Assembly (NCBI GenBank): GCA_963695225.1
Contig: OY968762.1
Span: forward strand, 2,496,001-2,560,000
DNA: 64,000 nt
DNA from: Vulcanimicrobiota bacterium
GTDB taxonomy: Bacteria; Vulcanimicrobiota; Vulcanimicrobiia; Vulcanimicrobiales; Vulcanimicrobiaceae
Direction of reading: 5' to 3'
The notes below the pieces were generated by a model. The model had not been told where the DNA came from, made no database searches, and worked only from the letters and a program-made list of their open reading frames with translations. Position numbers and translations under genes: made by a program. Numbering within the stretch: the first letter of the stretch is position 1; each line of letters opens with the position of its first letter. Positions 16,235 to 26,799 of the stretch are shown here, one piece after another.

Positions 16235-19200
16235 ATGAGATACCCTGGCATACCCTCAGTCATCAACGGCAACGGCGCCGTTGCTTACGTCATGGGCCAC
16301 GTCTGCGGCGGCGTCATCGGTTATCCGATCACCCCGTCGACCGAGATCTCGGAGATCTACGAGGCGTTCCGCGCGGCAGGCGGAGTGAACGTCTGGGGCA
16401 AGCACCCGTTCTTCTTCGAGCCGGAAGGCGAACACTCGGCGCAGAGCGGCGCGCTCGGCGCGGCGCTGACGGGCGGCAAGTTCGTATCGAATGCGTCGTC
16501 GAGTCAGGGCATCTTGTACGGGCTCGAATCGCACTACGTCACGGTCGGCAAGAAGGTCGGCGGTTTCGTCCTCCAAGTCGCCGCGCGCGTCGTGTCGAAG
16601 CACTCGCTGAACGTGATGGCCGGGCACGACGACGTCTACGCGTTGCTGCCGTCGGGATACACGATGCTGTTCGGGAGCAATCCGCAAGAAGCGGCCGACC
16701 TCGCGGCGATCGCGTACAAGGTCAGCGCGCTCTCGTTGATCCCGGTCGCGAACGCGATGGACGGCTTCGCCACGAGCCACATGCTCAGCGAGATGCTCCT
16801 CCCCGAACCCGAACTGCTCAAGGAATTTCTCGGGGACCCCGCGGGCCGCATCAAAGCGCCGACGGTCGCCCAGGAGATCCTGTTCGGAGCGAAGGGGCGC
16901 GTCTTCCAGCTCAAGCAGTATCTCGCGCGGCACGAGGCGGATATCGCGCCCGCAGACTTGGCGAAGGTCCAGGCCTATCTCGACGGCGTCGCGGAGCAGA
17001 TCGAAGAGGATAACGCCGGCGATCTGATCGGCGCCACGCTCGAGTGGTTCCCCGAAGAGTTGCGCGCGCAGTGGCGCCGCCAATGGCTCAACGCTCCGCA
17101 GAAGGGGACGCGCCGGCTCGTCCCCGCGCTCGTCGACGTCAACAACCCCGGGCTTACCGGCGGCGTTCAAAACCAGGCGGATTTCCAGGCGGGCGCCGCC
17201 GACCACCGGACGCACTTCGCGAGCGAGGTGCCGCAATTCGTACGCCGCGCGATGCAGGAATACGGCGAGTTGACCGGCCGCGAATACAGCCCGGTCAAGA
17301 CGTTCCTCTGCGACGACGCCGAGACGGTGTTGGTCGGCCTCGGCTCGGTCACCGACGATGCCGAGGCGGTCGCGACGTATCTGCGCTCGCAAGGGAAGAA
17401 AGTGGGCGTCGTCTCGATCAAGCTCCTCAACCCGTTCCCCGAAGGGGATTTGGTTGCGGCGCTGGCGGGGAAGAAGGCCGTCACCGTCCTCGAGCGCTCG
17501 GAAGTGACCGCGTTGACGAACCTCGTGACGCAAGCGCTCTGCAAGGCGCGCGAAAACGGCGATCTCGTGCGGCATGCCGGCATTCCGCCGATCGTCGCGC
17601 TGCCGAAGATCACGACCGCGATCTTCGGCCTGGGCGCGCACGATCTCCAGCCGCGCCATCTGATCGCCGCCTACAAGAACATGGAGAGCGAGAACAGCGC
17701 GCCGTTCGTGTACCTCGGCTCGCAGTTCTTCTCAGCCGACGCCACGCCGCGCGTCGCCGCGCTGCAGGACAAGCTCAAGGTCGCGTATCCCGAGACCGAG
17801 TTCATGGCCCTGGCGACGGAGCCGAACCCGCACTTGCTGCCGGCCTCGGCGTTCCGCGTGCGCTTCCATTCCGTCGGCGGCTACGGCACGGTTGCGACCG
17901 GGAAGCTCCTGACCGACATCCTCGGGGGGGTGCTCGGCCTCCATTCGAAGTCCGCGCCGAAATACGGTTCCGAAAAGAGCGGCGCACCGACGAACTACTA
18001 CATCACGCTGAGCCCCGAAGCGGTCAAGATCACGAACGCCGAACTCGAAGAAGTCGAGATCGTCGTCTCGGCGGACCACAAGGTGTTCAGCCACACGAAC
18101 CCGCTGCTCGGGCTCGCGCCGGAAGGCACGTTCATCCTGCAGTCGGGCCACGCGCCGCTGGACGTCTGGAAAGAGCTTCCCGCGCACGCGCGCAAGACGA
18201 TCCGCGAACGGCGGATCCGCTTCTTCGTCGTCGACGGGTTCGCCGTCGCGCGCAAGCACGCGCCGACGCCGGACTTGGAAGTGCGCATGATGGGCATCGC
18301 GTTCATCGGCGCCGTTTGCGGGCACGTCGACCGCGTCGTCGCGGACGCATCGCAGGCCGCGATCCTCGCGAAGATCCGCCAGCAGATCACGAAGAAGTTC
18401 GGCGCCAAGGGCGGTAAGATCGTCGAGAGCAACATGGAGGTGATCCGCGAGGGGCTCGAAGCGACGATGCGCGTCGACTACGAAGACCCCGAGTTCGAGC
18501 GCGTCGAGAACACGATCGTCCTGCACGCGGCGCGCGGCGCCGGCGTCTCGGCGGCGATGGTGACGTCGACCGGCCCGTCGATGAGCTGCGGCTTCTTCGA
18601 CCGCGAGTTCTACGCGGACGTCGTTGCCGACCGCTTCAAGGACGGGACGATCTCAGAGGCCCCCGTGATCCCCGGCACCGGCATGTTCATGCCGCCGGGA
18701 AGCGCCGCGTGGAAGGACAAGGGGCTCTTCCGCCTGACGGTCCCCGAATACGACGCGAGCCTGTGCACCGGGTGCATGGAGTGCGCGCTCGTCTGCCCCG
18801 ATGCCGCGATCCCGAACACCGTGCACGAGATCCACGACCTCCTGATCACGGCGCTCAAGCAACTCGACGTCACGGACCAACTCCGCGAGCAGATGCGCGG
18901 GTACGTCGTCCAGCTCGCCGGCGCGATTCGCGAAGCCTACCGGCAACTTCCGAGCAAGGATCCGACGACGTTCCGCGAGATCCTCGCCGGCGCGGTCGAG
19001 GGCCTCAACCTCGAGAGCGCGACGTTGCGGCGCAACTTCGCGAAGATGGTCGAGGTGCTCTCGGACTTCCCCGTCGCCAAGACGCGGCCGTTCTTCGACG
19101 CGCAGGAAAAGGCGGTTTCGGGGACCGGCGGGCTCTATTCGGTCGTGATCGACCCGTGGAAGTGTAGCGGCTGTCTCGAGTGCATCGACGTCTGCGGACC

Positions 19201-21226
19201 GGGCGCGCTCGTCGCCCGCCGGCAGGATGCCGAGATGCTCGAGTCGCTCCAAGGCCGCTTGGAGCTGCTCGGCAAGCTCTCGAACACGCCCGCGCGCTTC
19301 ACGGAGAACGCGACCCGCCCCGAAGGCGAAACCAAGCGCCTCATCCTCGATCGCGAGAACTACTACGCGATGACGGGCGGGCACGGCGCCTGCCGCGGTT
19401 GCGGCGAGGTCACGGCGATCCGCCTGGTGACCGCCGCGAACCGGGCGATCTTCCAGAAGCGCCGCAAGGAGCACATCCGCGAGTTGGAGACGCTGATCGA
19501 ACGCTTGAGCGCGAAGCTCGAGCGCGTCGCGGAAGACGAACACGATCCGCAACGGCGCGAGCGCATCGGGCGCACGCTCCGCACGCTCGAGAAGCGGTTG
19601 TACGAATTCGAAAGCGGCCCGACGGGGAACGGCCCCGCCCCCGCAGCGATCGCGAACGCGACCGGTTGCAGCAGCGTCTACGCCTCGACGTTCCCGTTCA
19701 ACCCCTACAACGTCCCGTGGGTGAACAGCCTCTTCCAGGACTCGGCGCCGGTTGCCAAGGGCCTCTTCGAGGGCTTCACGGCGGAGGCGGTCGAGGACTT
19801 CCGCGCGCTCCGCATCGCGAAGCTCGATCTCGACGATCACTACGACCCCGAGACGCACGATGCGTACTTCAAGTACTTCCGCTGGACGCAGTTCTCCGAG
19901 GAAGAACTCGGCCTGCTGCCGGCGGTCATCACGATCGGCGGCGACGGCGCGACGTACGACATCGGCTTCGGCGCGCTCTCGCGCATCCTCGTGACCGATA
20001 CGCCGATCAAGGTCGTCGTGCTCAACACGGGCGCGTATTCGAACACCGGCGGCCAGGCGTCGACGGCGAGCTTCACCGCGCAGGATTCGGATCTCACGCG
20101 CGTCGGCGCGACGCACAGCGGCAAGCAAGAGCAACGCAAGGAGCTCGGGCTGATCGCGGCGTTCCATCCGAACGTCTTCGTGGCGCAGACGAACACCGCG
20201 CTGCAGGGCCACTACCTCAAGAACGTCATGGAGTTCTTGAACTACACGGCCTCGCCCGCCGTCCTCGACGTCTACACGCCGTGCCAATCGGAACAAGGCA
20301 TCGCGGACGACGCCGCCAACCGCCGCGCGCGGCTGGCGACGGAGAGCCGGATGAGCCCCGTGTTCGTGCACGATCCGCGCCGCGGCGAGACGCTCGCGGA
20401 GCGCTTCTCCCTCGAAGGCAACCCCGATACCGATAAGGACTGGACGACGACGACGCTCGAGTATCTCGACGCCGACGGGCAGCCCGCGCTGATGACGATC
20501 CCGCTGACTCCCGCCGATTTCGCGTATCGCGAGGGCCGCTTCGCGAAGCACTTCCGCCGGGTCGACCCCACCGCAAGCGTGGTTCCGGTGCATGAGTACT
20601 TGGATCTGGGCGTCGAGGAGCGGTACGGCAAGACGCCGTTCATTTGGGCGACGAATCAGGAACACCGGCTCGTCAAGCTCGCGGTCTCCCCGACGGTCGT
20701 CGAACTCGTGGCGGAGCGGCGCCGGAACTGGCGGATGCTCCAATACCTGACGGGGCTGCACGTCGAGCGCCTCCGCGAAACGCATCGCGAAACGCTCGCG
20801 AGTTGGCAGCGGCGCGTCGAAGAATCCGCTGAGGAACGCGAACTCTCGATCGATACGATCGCCCGCGCGATGTCGGAGGTCGCGGCAGCCTCGCAGGCGC
20901 CGCCCGCCGAACAGGCGCGCCCCACGATCGTGACGCCGGCGCTCGCCGCAAAGACCGCGTCGGCCCAGGCTGCCCCGGCGAAGAACGGAAGCCGGCCGCT
21001 GGTCTCGATCGCGGAAGAGGACATGCCCAAGTGCACGAACTGCAAGACCTGCTATCAGGACATGGGCGAGATCTTCGAAAAGACCCGGATCGTCGTAGGC
21101 GGCGTCACCAAGGAGGTGAGCCGCGTCATCCCGGGCGCGCTCGACAAGCTCGCGATCACGCCCGAACTGATCCGCCGCGCAACCCGCGTCGCCGCCGATT
21201 GCGACGCTGAAATCATCATCCGATGA
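16235..21226 (+). CDS. Large single-chain pyruvate/2-oxoacid:ferredoxin oxidoreductase with extra C-terminal Fe-S domain
   Basis: YPITPSTE, CTGCMECALVCP, CSGCLECIDVC, GACRGCGE, NATGCSSVY, GGDGATYDIG..N TPP motif, YSNTGGQ; C-terminal CTNCKTC. Confidence 0.92.
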   Translation: MRYPGIPSVINGNGAVAYVMGHVCGGVIGYPITPSTEISEIYEAFRAAGGVNVWGKHPFFFEPEGEHSAQSGALGAALTGGKFVSNASSSQGILYGLESHYVTVGKKVGGFVLQVAARVVSKHSLNVMAGHDDVYALLPSGYTMLFGSNPQEAADLAAIAYKVSALSLIPVANAMDGFATSHMLSEMLLPEPELLKEFLGDPAGRIKAPTVAQEILFGAKGRVFQLKQYLARHEADIAPADLAKVQAYLDGVAEQIEEDNAGDLIGATLEWFPEELRAQWRRQWLNAPQKGTRRLVPALVDVNNPGLTGGVQNQADFQAGAADHRTHFASEVPQFVRRAMQEYGELTGREYSPVKTFLCDDAETVLVGLGSVTDDAEAVATYLRSQGKKVGVVSIKLLNPFPEGDLVAALAGKKAVTVLERSEVTALTNLVTQALCKARENGDLVRHAGIPPIVALPKITTAIFGLGAHDLQPRHLIAAYKNMESENSAPFVYLGSQFFSADATPRVAALQDKLKVAYPETEFMALATEPNPHLLPASAFRVRFHSVGGYGTVATGKLLTDILGGVLGLHSKSAPKYGSEKSGAPTNYYITLSPEAVKITNAELEEVEIVVSADHKVFSHTNPLLGLAPEGTFILQSGHAPLDVWKELPAHARKTIRERRIRFFVVDGFAVARKHAPTPDLEVRMMGIAFIGAVCGHVDRVVADASQAAILAKIRQQITKKFGAKGGKIVESNMEVIREGLEATMRVDYEDPEFERVENTIVLHAARGAGVSAAMVTSTGPSMSCGFFDREFYADVVADRFKDGTISEAPVIPGTGMFMPPGSAAWKDKGLFRLTVPEYDASLCTGCMECALVCPDAAIPNTVHEIHDLLITALKQLDVTDQLREQMRGYVVQLAGAIREAYRQLPSKDPTTFREILAGAVEGLNLESATLRRNFAKMVEVLSDFPVAKTRPFFDAQEKAVSGTGGLYSVVIDPWKCSGCLECIDVCGPGALVARRQDAEMLESLQGRLELLGKLSNTPARFTENATRPEGETKRLILDRENYYAMTGGHGACRGCGEVTAIRLVTAANRAIFQKRRKEHIRELETLIERLSAKLERVAEDEHDPQRRERIGRTLRTLEKRLYEFESGPTGNGPAPAAIANATGCSSVYASTFPFNPYNVPWVNSLFQDSAPVAKGLFEGFTAEAVEDFRALRIAKLDLDDHYDPETHDAYFKYFRWTQFSEEELGLLPAVITIGGDGATYDIGFGALSRILVTDTPIKVVVLNTGAYSNTGGQASTASFTAQDSDLTRVGATHSGKQEQRKELGLIAAFHPNVFVAQTNTALQGHYLKNVMEFLNYTASPAVLDVYTPCQSEQGIADDAANRRARLATESRMSPVFVHDPRRGETLAERFSLEGNPDTDKDWTTTTLEYLDADGQPALMTIPLTPADFAYREGRFAKHFRRVDPTASVVPVHEYLDLGVEERYGKTPFIWATNQEHRLVKLAVSPTVVELVAERRRNWRMLQYLTGLHVERLRETHRETLASWQRRVEESAEERELSIDTIARAMSEVAAASQAPPAEQARPTIVTPALAAKTASAQAAPAKNGSRPLVSIAEEDMPKCTNCKTCYQDMGEIFEKTRIVVGGVTKEVSRVIPGALDKLAITPELIRRATRVAADCDAEIIIR

Positions 21227-24051
21227 CCGGCGCGGAACGCGAGGAGCTCCAACGCTACCTCTTGGCCAACGTCGAGATCGAATCGACCCGGCACAATCTG
21301 GACGTGCTCGAACGCAGCGGCGGCGTCGAGCTCTTCCAGAAGCAACTGGCGTTGCTGCAGAAGCGGCTCTTGCAAGAGCCGCAGTCCTTCCGGGACATTT
21401 TCATCTCCGAGGGCATGCACGCGATCGCGTGGGAGTTCCAGCAGGACGAACTCCCGGACCACTTCACGAAGACGATGTGGGAGCTGATGCTGCGCGGCGA
21501 CGACATGAGCGCCGTCTTGCTGCGCTTCGTCTGGAACCTCTCGCTCAAGCTCAAGCGGAAGTTCATCCGCGCGCTCGACGCGCACCTCTCCGATCGCTAT
21601 CCGATGTTCAAGGGGCTCTCGCACGGCTGGCCGGGCGAGAACAACATCCCGCCGTACATCCGTCCCCCCGAGGAGCGCGTCAAGGATTTCGATCTCGTCA
21701 ACCAGGGCTACCTCGGATACATGGGGCTCGGCTACAGCGCGCGCGAGGTCGAGCTGTTCGTGTGGCTCGAAGTGCTGCGCGACAAGCAGTGCGACGACCG
21801 GCCGTGCGAGATCGGCGTCCCGAAAGACGGCCGCGCGGAGAATCACGGCGGCTGTCCGGTCAAGATCCACATTCCCGAGATGCTCCAGCTCATGGGCGCC
21901 GGCAAGTTCCAGCAGGCGCTCGAACTGATCAAGGATTGCAATCCGCTGCCGAACGTCACGGGACGCGTCTGCCCGCAGGAGATGCAGTGCCAGGGCGTCT
22001 GCACGCACTCCGTGCGGCCGATCGAGATCGGGCAGCTCGAGTGGTATCTCCCGCAGAGCGAGAAGGTCACGCCGCGCGCGGCCTCGGCGAACGGGTGGAA
22101 CGCGTTCGTGAACCCGTGGGCGTCGGCGGCGAAGCCGCCTATCGCCGTCGTCGGCTCCGGCCCCTCCGGCTTGATCAACGCCTACCTGCTCGCGAAGGAA
22201 GGCTATCCCGTCACGGTTTTCGAGGCGTTCCATCAGCTCGGCGGCGTGCTGCGCTACGGCATCCCCGAATTCCGCCTGCCGAACGAACTGATCGACGACG
22301 TCGTCGCGAAGATCGAGCAACTCGGCGGGAAGTTCGTCACGAACTTCGTCGTCGGGAAGACGGCCACGCTCGACGCGCTCAAGCGCGCGGGCTTTTGGAA
22401 GATCTTCGTCGGCACCGGCGCCGGCTTGCCGCGCTTCATGAACATTCCCGGCGAGCATCTGCTCGGCGTCATGTCGGCGAACGAGTTCCTCACGCGCGTG
22501 AACCTGATGCAGGGGCAGAGCGACGAGTACGAGACGCCGCTCCCCGAAACGCACGGGAAGCACGTGATCATCATCGGCGGCGGGAACACGGCGATGGACG
22601 CGTCGCGGACCGCGCGGCGCCTCGGCGGGAAAGTCACGATCGTCTACCGGCGCACGATGGACGAGATGCCGGCGCGCGTCGAAGAACTCCACCACGCGCT
22701 CGAGGAAGGCATCCAGGTCAAGGTCTTACGGGCGCCGAGCGAGTTTCTCGGCGATGGGAAGACCCATCACGTCACGCACGCCGTGCTCGACATCATGGAA
22801 CTGGGCGAGCCCGATAAATCGGGGCGGCGCAGCCCGATCGCGACCGGCGAGACCGAGCTGATCCCGGTCGATCTCGTGATCATGGCGCTCGGCAACGATT
22901 CGAACCCGATCGTCAAGGATGCCGAACCGGACCTCGCGACGACGAAGTGGGGGACGCTCGAGGTTCAGAAGGGCTCGCAGCGGACCTCGATCGAGGGCGT
23001 CTACACCGGCGGCGACGCCGCGCGAGGCGGTTCGACCGCGATCCGCGCGGCCGGCGACGGGCAGGCGGCCGCACGCGAGATCGCGGGCGAGATCCCGTTC
23101 TCGGCGAGCGAGATCAAGCTGCTCGTCGCGAGCGCGGAGCGCTACACCAAGCTCGGACAGACGCGCCAGACGATCGTCGAGAAGATCAACCTCGCCGACG
23201 GCATCGTCGAGTTCGTCGTGCGTTCCCCGCTGATCGCGAAGGCGGCCCGCGCGGGCCAGTTCGTTCGCGTGCTCGCCTGGGAGAAGGGCGAGTTGATCCC
23301 GCTGACGCTCGCCGATTGGGATGCGCATGCGGGAACGATCGATCTCGTCGTGCAGGGGCTCGGGACGAGTTCGATGGCGATCAACCAGATGGAGGTCGGC
23401 GAAGCGTTCACCGGCATCGCCGGGCCGCTGGGCCTGCCGAGCGAGTTGCATCGCTATTCGAAGGATGAGACGGTCGTCTTCACCGCGGGCGGCGTCGGCT
23501 TACCCCCGGTCTATCCGATCATGCGCGAGCACCTGCGCATGGGCAACCACGTCACGCTGATCGCCGGTTTCCGCACCGCGAACCTTCTGTTTTGGACGAA
23601 ACGCGATCAGCGCGTCGGGAAGCTGCAAGCCGAGTACCCGGACCTGCTCGACGTGATCTACACGACGAACGACGGCCGCTTCGGCATCAAGGGGTTCGTC
23701 ACGCTCCCGCTCGAGGATATGCTGAAGAAGGCCCAAGCCGGGAAAGGCCGCAAGATCGGGGAGGTCGTCACGATCGGCCCGCCGCTCATGATGCGTGCGG
23801 TCAGCGATCTCACGAAACCCTACGGCGTGCGCACGGTCGCGAGCCTGAACTCGATCATGGTCGACGCAACCGGCATGTGCGGCGCGTGCATGGTACCGGT
23901 GCTGCACAACGGGAAGCTCGTACGCAAGCACGCTTGCATCGACGGACCGGAGATCGACGCTCACGTCATCGAGTGGGATAAGTTCCTACCGCGCTTCAAC
24001 CAGTTCAAACCGCAAGAAGAGCGCAGCAAAGTCAAGCACGGCTTCGTGTAG
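21223..24051 (+). CDS. Fused NfnB(SudA/GltD-like)-NfnA(SudB-like) oxidoreductase with N-terminal extension
   Basis: GRVCPQEMQCQGVC, GSGPSG, GGGNTAMD, GGD (NfnB); GQFV, IPLT, GPLG, GGVG, IGP..MM, MVDATGMCGAC..CIDGPE (NfnA). Confidence 0.88.
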   Translation: MTGAEREELQRYLLANVEIESTRHNLDVLERSGGVELFQKQLALLQKRLLQEPQSFRDIFISEGMHAIAWEFQQDELPDHFTKTMWELMLRGDDMSAVLLRFVWNLSLKLKRKFIRALDAHLSDRYPMFKGLSHGWPGENNIPPYIRPPEERVKDFDLVNQGYLGYMGLGYSAREVELFVWLEVLRDKQCDDRPCEIGVPKDGRAENHGGCPVKIHIPEMLQLMGAGKFQQALELIKDCNPLPNVTGRVCPQEMQCQGVCTHSVRPIEIGQLEWYLPQSEKVTPRAASANGWNAFVNPWASAAKPPIAVVGSGPSGLINAYLLAKEGYPVTVFEAFHQLGGVLRYGIPEFRLPNELIDDVVAKIEQLGGKFVTNFVVGKTATLDALKRAGFWKIFVGTGAGLPRFMNIPGEHLLGVMSANEFLTRVNLMQGQSDEYETPLPETHGKHVIIIGGGNTAMDASRTARRLGGKVTIVYRRTMDEMPARVEELHHALEEGIQVKVLRAPSEFLGDGKTHHVTHAVLDIMELGEPDKSGRRSPIATGETELIPVDLVIMALGNDSNPIVKDAEPDLATTKWGTLEVQKGSQRTSIEGVYTGGDAARGGSTAIRAAGDGQAAAREIAGEIPFSASEIKLLVASAERYTKLGQTRQTIVEKINLADGIVEFVVRSPLIAKAARAGQFVRVLAWEKGELIPLTLADWDAHAGTIDLVVQGLGTSSMAINQMEVGEAFTGIAGPLGLPSELHRYSKDETVVFTAGGVGLPPVYPIMREHLRMGNHVTLIAGFRTANLLFWTKRDQRVGKLQAEYPDLLDVIYTTNDGRFGIKGFVTLPLEDMLKKAQAGKGRKIGEVVTIGPPLMMRAVSDLTKPYGVRTVASLNSIMVDATGMCGACMVPVLHNGKLVRKHACIDGPEIDAHVIEWDKFLPRFNQFKPQEERSKVKHGFV

Positions 24052-24060
24052 GCGGGCGCC

Positions 24061-25269
24061 TCAGCAGCGCACCATCGTCTTCGGCGCCGTTGCGGCGGCG
24101 CCGGGCGCGTTCGGTTCGAGCGTGCAGCTTTGGCGTTCGATGCCGTCGGTATCGCGCAGGGAGATCGTCCAACCCGTCGGCGTTCGCGTGTAGACGGCGA
24201 AGCCGAACTGCTTCGTCGCGAACGGAGCCTGCGCGCCCGGGGCGTAGCCGTTCGCGCTTACGTACTTGCTCGTCGCGTCCGCCTCGTCGAGATCGTCGCC
24301 GCTCTCGCCGTTCACCACGAGCGGCGGGTATGCGGCGAGATCGATCGCGACGAAATCGTGCACGTGCCCCACGAGGACGACGTCGAACGGCCCCAGGTCG
24401 GCCGGCGTCGTCGAGAGCACCGCCGTCATGTTCGCGCTCGCGTACGGCGGACGGTGCGTCACGAGCCACGCTCTCTCTCCCGGGCCGGCCGCGAGCGCCC
24501 GCGCGGCCTCGAAACTCCGAGTGTAGTAGGAGACGCGGGCCGGGTCCGTCGGAGGGACGTCGCTGGTGTCGGCCGACGAATCGAGTTCGACGATCCGCAG
24601 CCCGCCGACGCTCAGGGCATAGGGCGGCGTACCGTCGGCGGCGGCGGGGCCGTTCGGGCAGGCCGTGTTTTCGCTCGGTTCGAGATACCGGAACCAGGCG
24701 GGGCCGCCGCGCCGGCAATCCTCGTGGTTTCCGCGAGTCAAGACGAGCGGGACGCTCGCGAAGATCGGTTTCGCGGGGACGAACCAATCGGCGTTCCAGG
24801 ATTGGCTCGTGTCGCCCCAATAGTTCACGCACCCGGCGACGCCCGGGACGCAGTTGTTCTCGCGATAATAGAAATCGCCGACGTGGATCGCGAGGTCCGC
24901 GTGGACCGCCGCGATCGATTGCGCGATCTTCGCGAAAGGCCACGCCGCGAGATCGCCGCAATTCTGTTGCTCGCCGCCCTTCATGCGGCAGCCGGTGTCG
25001 CCGAAGACGACGACCGTGTTGACGGTCCGCGGGGGCGCGGGGAGCGCGTACCGTTCGATCGAGACGCCGCTTGCGCCGGGCGGCAGCGACGCTTCGCACA
25101 CGACTTCGGTGAAGCCTAACTCGCTTTGCATCGGGGCGCGTTGCGTCATCGGCACGGAGGTCCGGTCGTACGTGACGCTAGGGCAGCTTTGCGTCACGAG
25201 CGCGCGCGCCTGCGGCTTTCCGTCGGCGGCGTATTGAATCCAAGCGGAAAGGACGGCTGCGAAGAGCAT
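24061..25269 (-). CDS. Calcineurin-like metallophosphoesterase
   Basis: GDTG, GDFYY, RGNHE, THRP, GHVH motifs; AGGAGG RBS. Confidence 0.85.
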   Translation of the reverse strand: MLFAAVLSAWIQYAADGKPQARALVTQSCPSVTYDRTSVPMTQRAPMQSELGFTEVVCEASLPPGASGVSIERYALPAPPRTVNTVVVFGDTGCRMKGGEQQNCGDLAAWPFAKIAQSIAAVHADLAIHVGDFYYRENNCVPGVAGCVNYWGDTSQSWNADWFVPAKPIFASVPLVLTRGNHEDCRRGGPAWFRYLEPSENTACPNGPAAADGTPPYALSVGGLRIVELDSSADTSDVPPTDPARVSYYTRSFEAARALAAGPGERAWLVTHRPPYASANMTAVLSTTPADLGPFDVVLVGHVHDFVAIDLAAYPPLVVNGESGDDLDEADATSKYVSANGYAPGAQAPFATKQFGFAVYTRTPTGWTISLRDTDGIERQSCTLEPNAPGAAATAPKTMVRC

Positions 25270-25484
25270 CTGGAGAGCCTCCTGGCATTCGTCGGCGGCG
25301 GTTCCGTCGCGAAGAGCGCAGAGCGTGCGAGGTTCGTCTTCATCGCCGAACGCGCGGTCCCTGGAACTCTCTTGCGCTCGGATGGGTCGCATCCGGCACC
25401 GGGTTCGCGAGGAACGAGATTGCACGAAAGATAACGGGAAGCACAGCCCCCGGCCGCCCCAGCACGTTCCCCAAGAGGAGTTCC

Positions 25485-26732
25485 GTGAAGCCTGAAGCCG
25501 TCTTGCCCACGCGCGGGCAGTTTATCACCGGCGGACTTGCCGCGTCCGCGGCAACGCTGGCGAGCGTCAACGTCATTGCCGCGCCGGCCGAGGCGCTTGT
25601 CGTGGGCATCACCGTTCCGGAGACGGGCCCCTACTCCGCCCAGGGGCTCGACCAGCTTAGGGCATACCGCTTGGCGATCGCCGAGATCAACAAGGCCGGC
25701 GGCGTCTTGGGCCTTCCGATCAAGGCCTCGATCGGCGACGACCGGACTCGCCCGGCATCCGCCGTAGCGAACGCGCGCCGCATGATCGAAGGCGAAGGCG
25801 CCGTCATGATCACGGGCGGCTCGTCGAGCGCGACCGCAGTCGCCGTCTCGGATCTGTGCCAAGAGAAGAAAGTCGTCTTCATGGCGACGCTCACGCACAG
25901 CAACGAAACGACCGGGAAATCGTGCCACTACCACACGTTCCGCCGCTACAACAACGCGCACATGTCGGCGAGCGCGCTCGCCCGAACGATGGCGACGAAG
26001 TACGGAGCCGGCCGCTGGTTCTACATCACCGCCGACTACACGTGGGGCCACTCCGTCTACCAAAGCATCACGGAGGTCGCCGAATCCAAGGGCGCGACGA
26101 CGATCAAGAACGTGCTCGTCCCGGTCGGCTCACAAGATTTCGGCTCCGCGTTCACGCAAGCGCTCTCGGCAAAGCCCGACGTCCTCGTCGTCACCGAATT
26201 CGGGAACGACATGATCAACGCGTTGTATCAGGCCGCGCAATTCGGCTTCACGAAGACGACGAAGATCCTCGTCCCGCTCGCCGACGAATACATGGTCGAG
26301 GGCGCGCAAGACAATTTCGACGGGGTCGTCACGACCGCTCCGTTTTATTGGAAGTACCACGCCGGCCGATACCCGGCCGCAAAGAAGTTCGTCGACTCCT
26401 TCGTCAAGCTCTACGGCACGCCGCCCTCCAACGGCGCGGAATGCGCCTACACGAACATGTACCAATGGAAAGCGGGCGTCGAGCGCGCCGGCTCTCCCGA
26501 TCCGAAGAAGTTCGTCGAAAAGATGGAAGGCTACCACTTCACCGCGACCAAGGATCCCGAATACTGGCGCGCCTTCGACCACCAGGGGATCAACTCGGTC
26601 CTCGTCCTCGAGGGCATCCCGCGCGCGCAGCGCACGAGCAAGTTCGCCTACGCGAAAGTCCTCGAAGTCCACGACGGCGATTCCGTAGCCGTAAAACAAA
26701 CCGCAAGCGACTGCAAACTAGACGGGGCATAG
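25485..26732 (+). CDS. LivK-like (HAAT) ABC substrate-binding protein without adjacent transporter genes
   Basis: P.TGPYS, EIN..GGVLG, GGSSS, ADYTWG motifs; Tat-like TRGQFI leader. Confidence 0.88.
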   Translation: MKPEAVLPTRGQFITGGLAASAATLASVNVIAAPAEALVVGITVPETGPYSAQGLDQLRAYRLAIAEINKAGGVLGLPIKASIGDDRTRPASAVANARRMIEGEGAVMITGGSSSATAVAVSDLCQEKKVVFMATLTHSNETTGKSCHYHTFRRYNNAHMSASALARTMATKYGAGRWFYITADYTWGHSVYQSITEVAESKGATTIKNVLVPVGSQDFGSAFTQALSAKPDVLVVTEFGNDMINALYQAAQFGFTKTTKILVPLADEYMVEGAQDNFDGVVTTAPFYWKYHAGRYPAAKKFVDSFVKLYGTPPSNGAECAYTNMYQWKAGVERAGSPDPKKFVEKMEGYHFTATKDPEYWRAFDHQGINSVLVLEGIPRAQRTSKFAYAKVLEVHDGDSVAVKQTASDCKLDGA

Positions 26733-26799
26733 CCTCCTAAGCCGGTGTCCCAGGGCCTGCATCCCAGCTTGGCCGCCGTCACGGCAGACGGGACCCCAG

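Noticed and set aside
25394..25409. sigma54 promoter (GGCAC-N5-TCGC) upstream of the SBP
   Set aside because: Imperfect -12 element in GC-rich DNA and no activator gene nearby
14970..26745. 12-bp CTCCTAAGCCGG at 14970 and 26734 as possible island ends
   Set aside because: Many 12-mer matches are expected by chance in 64 kb, and there is no integrase or other support
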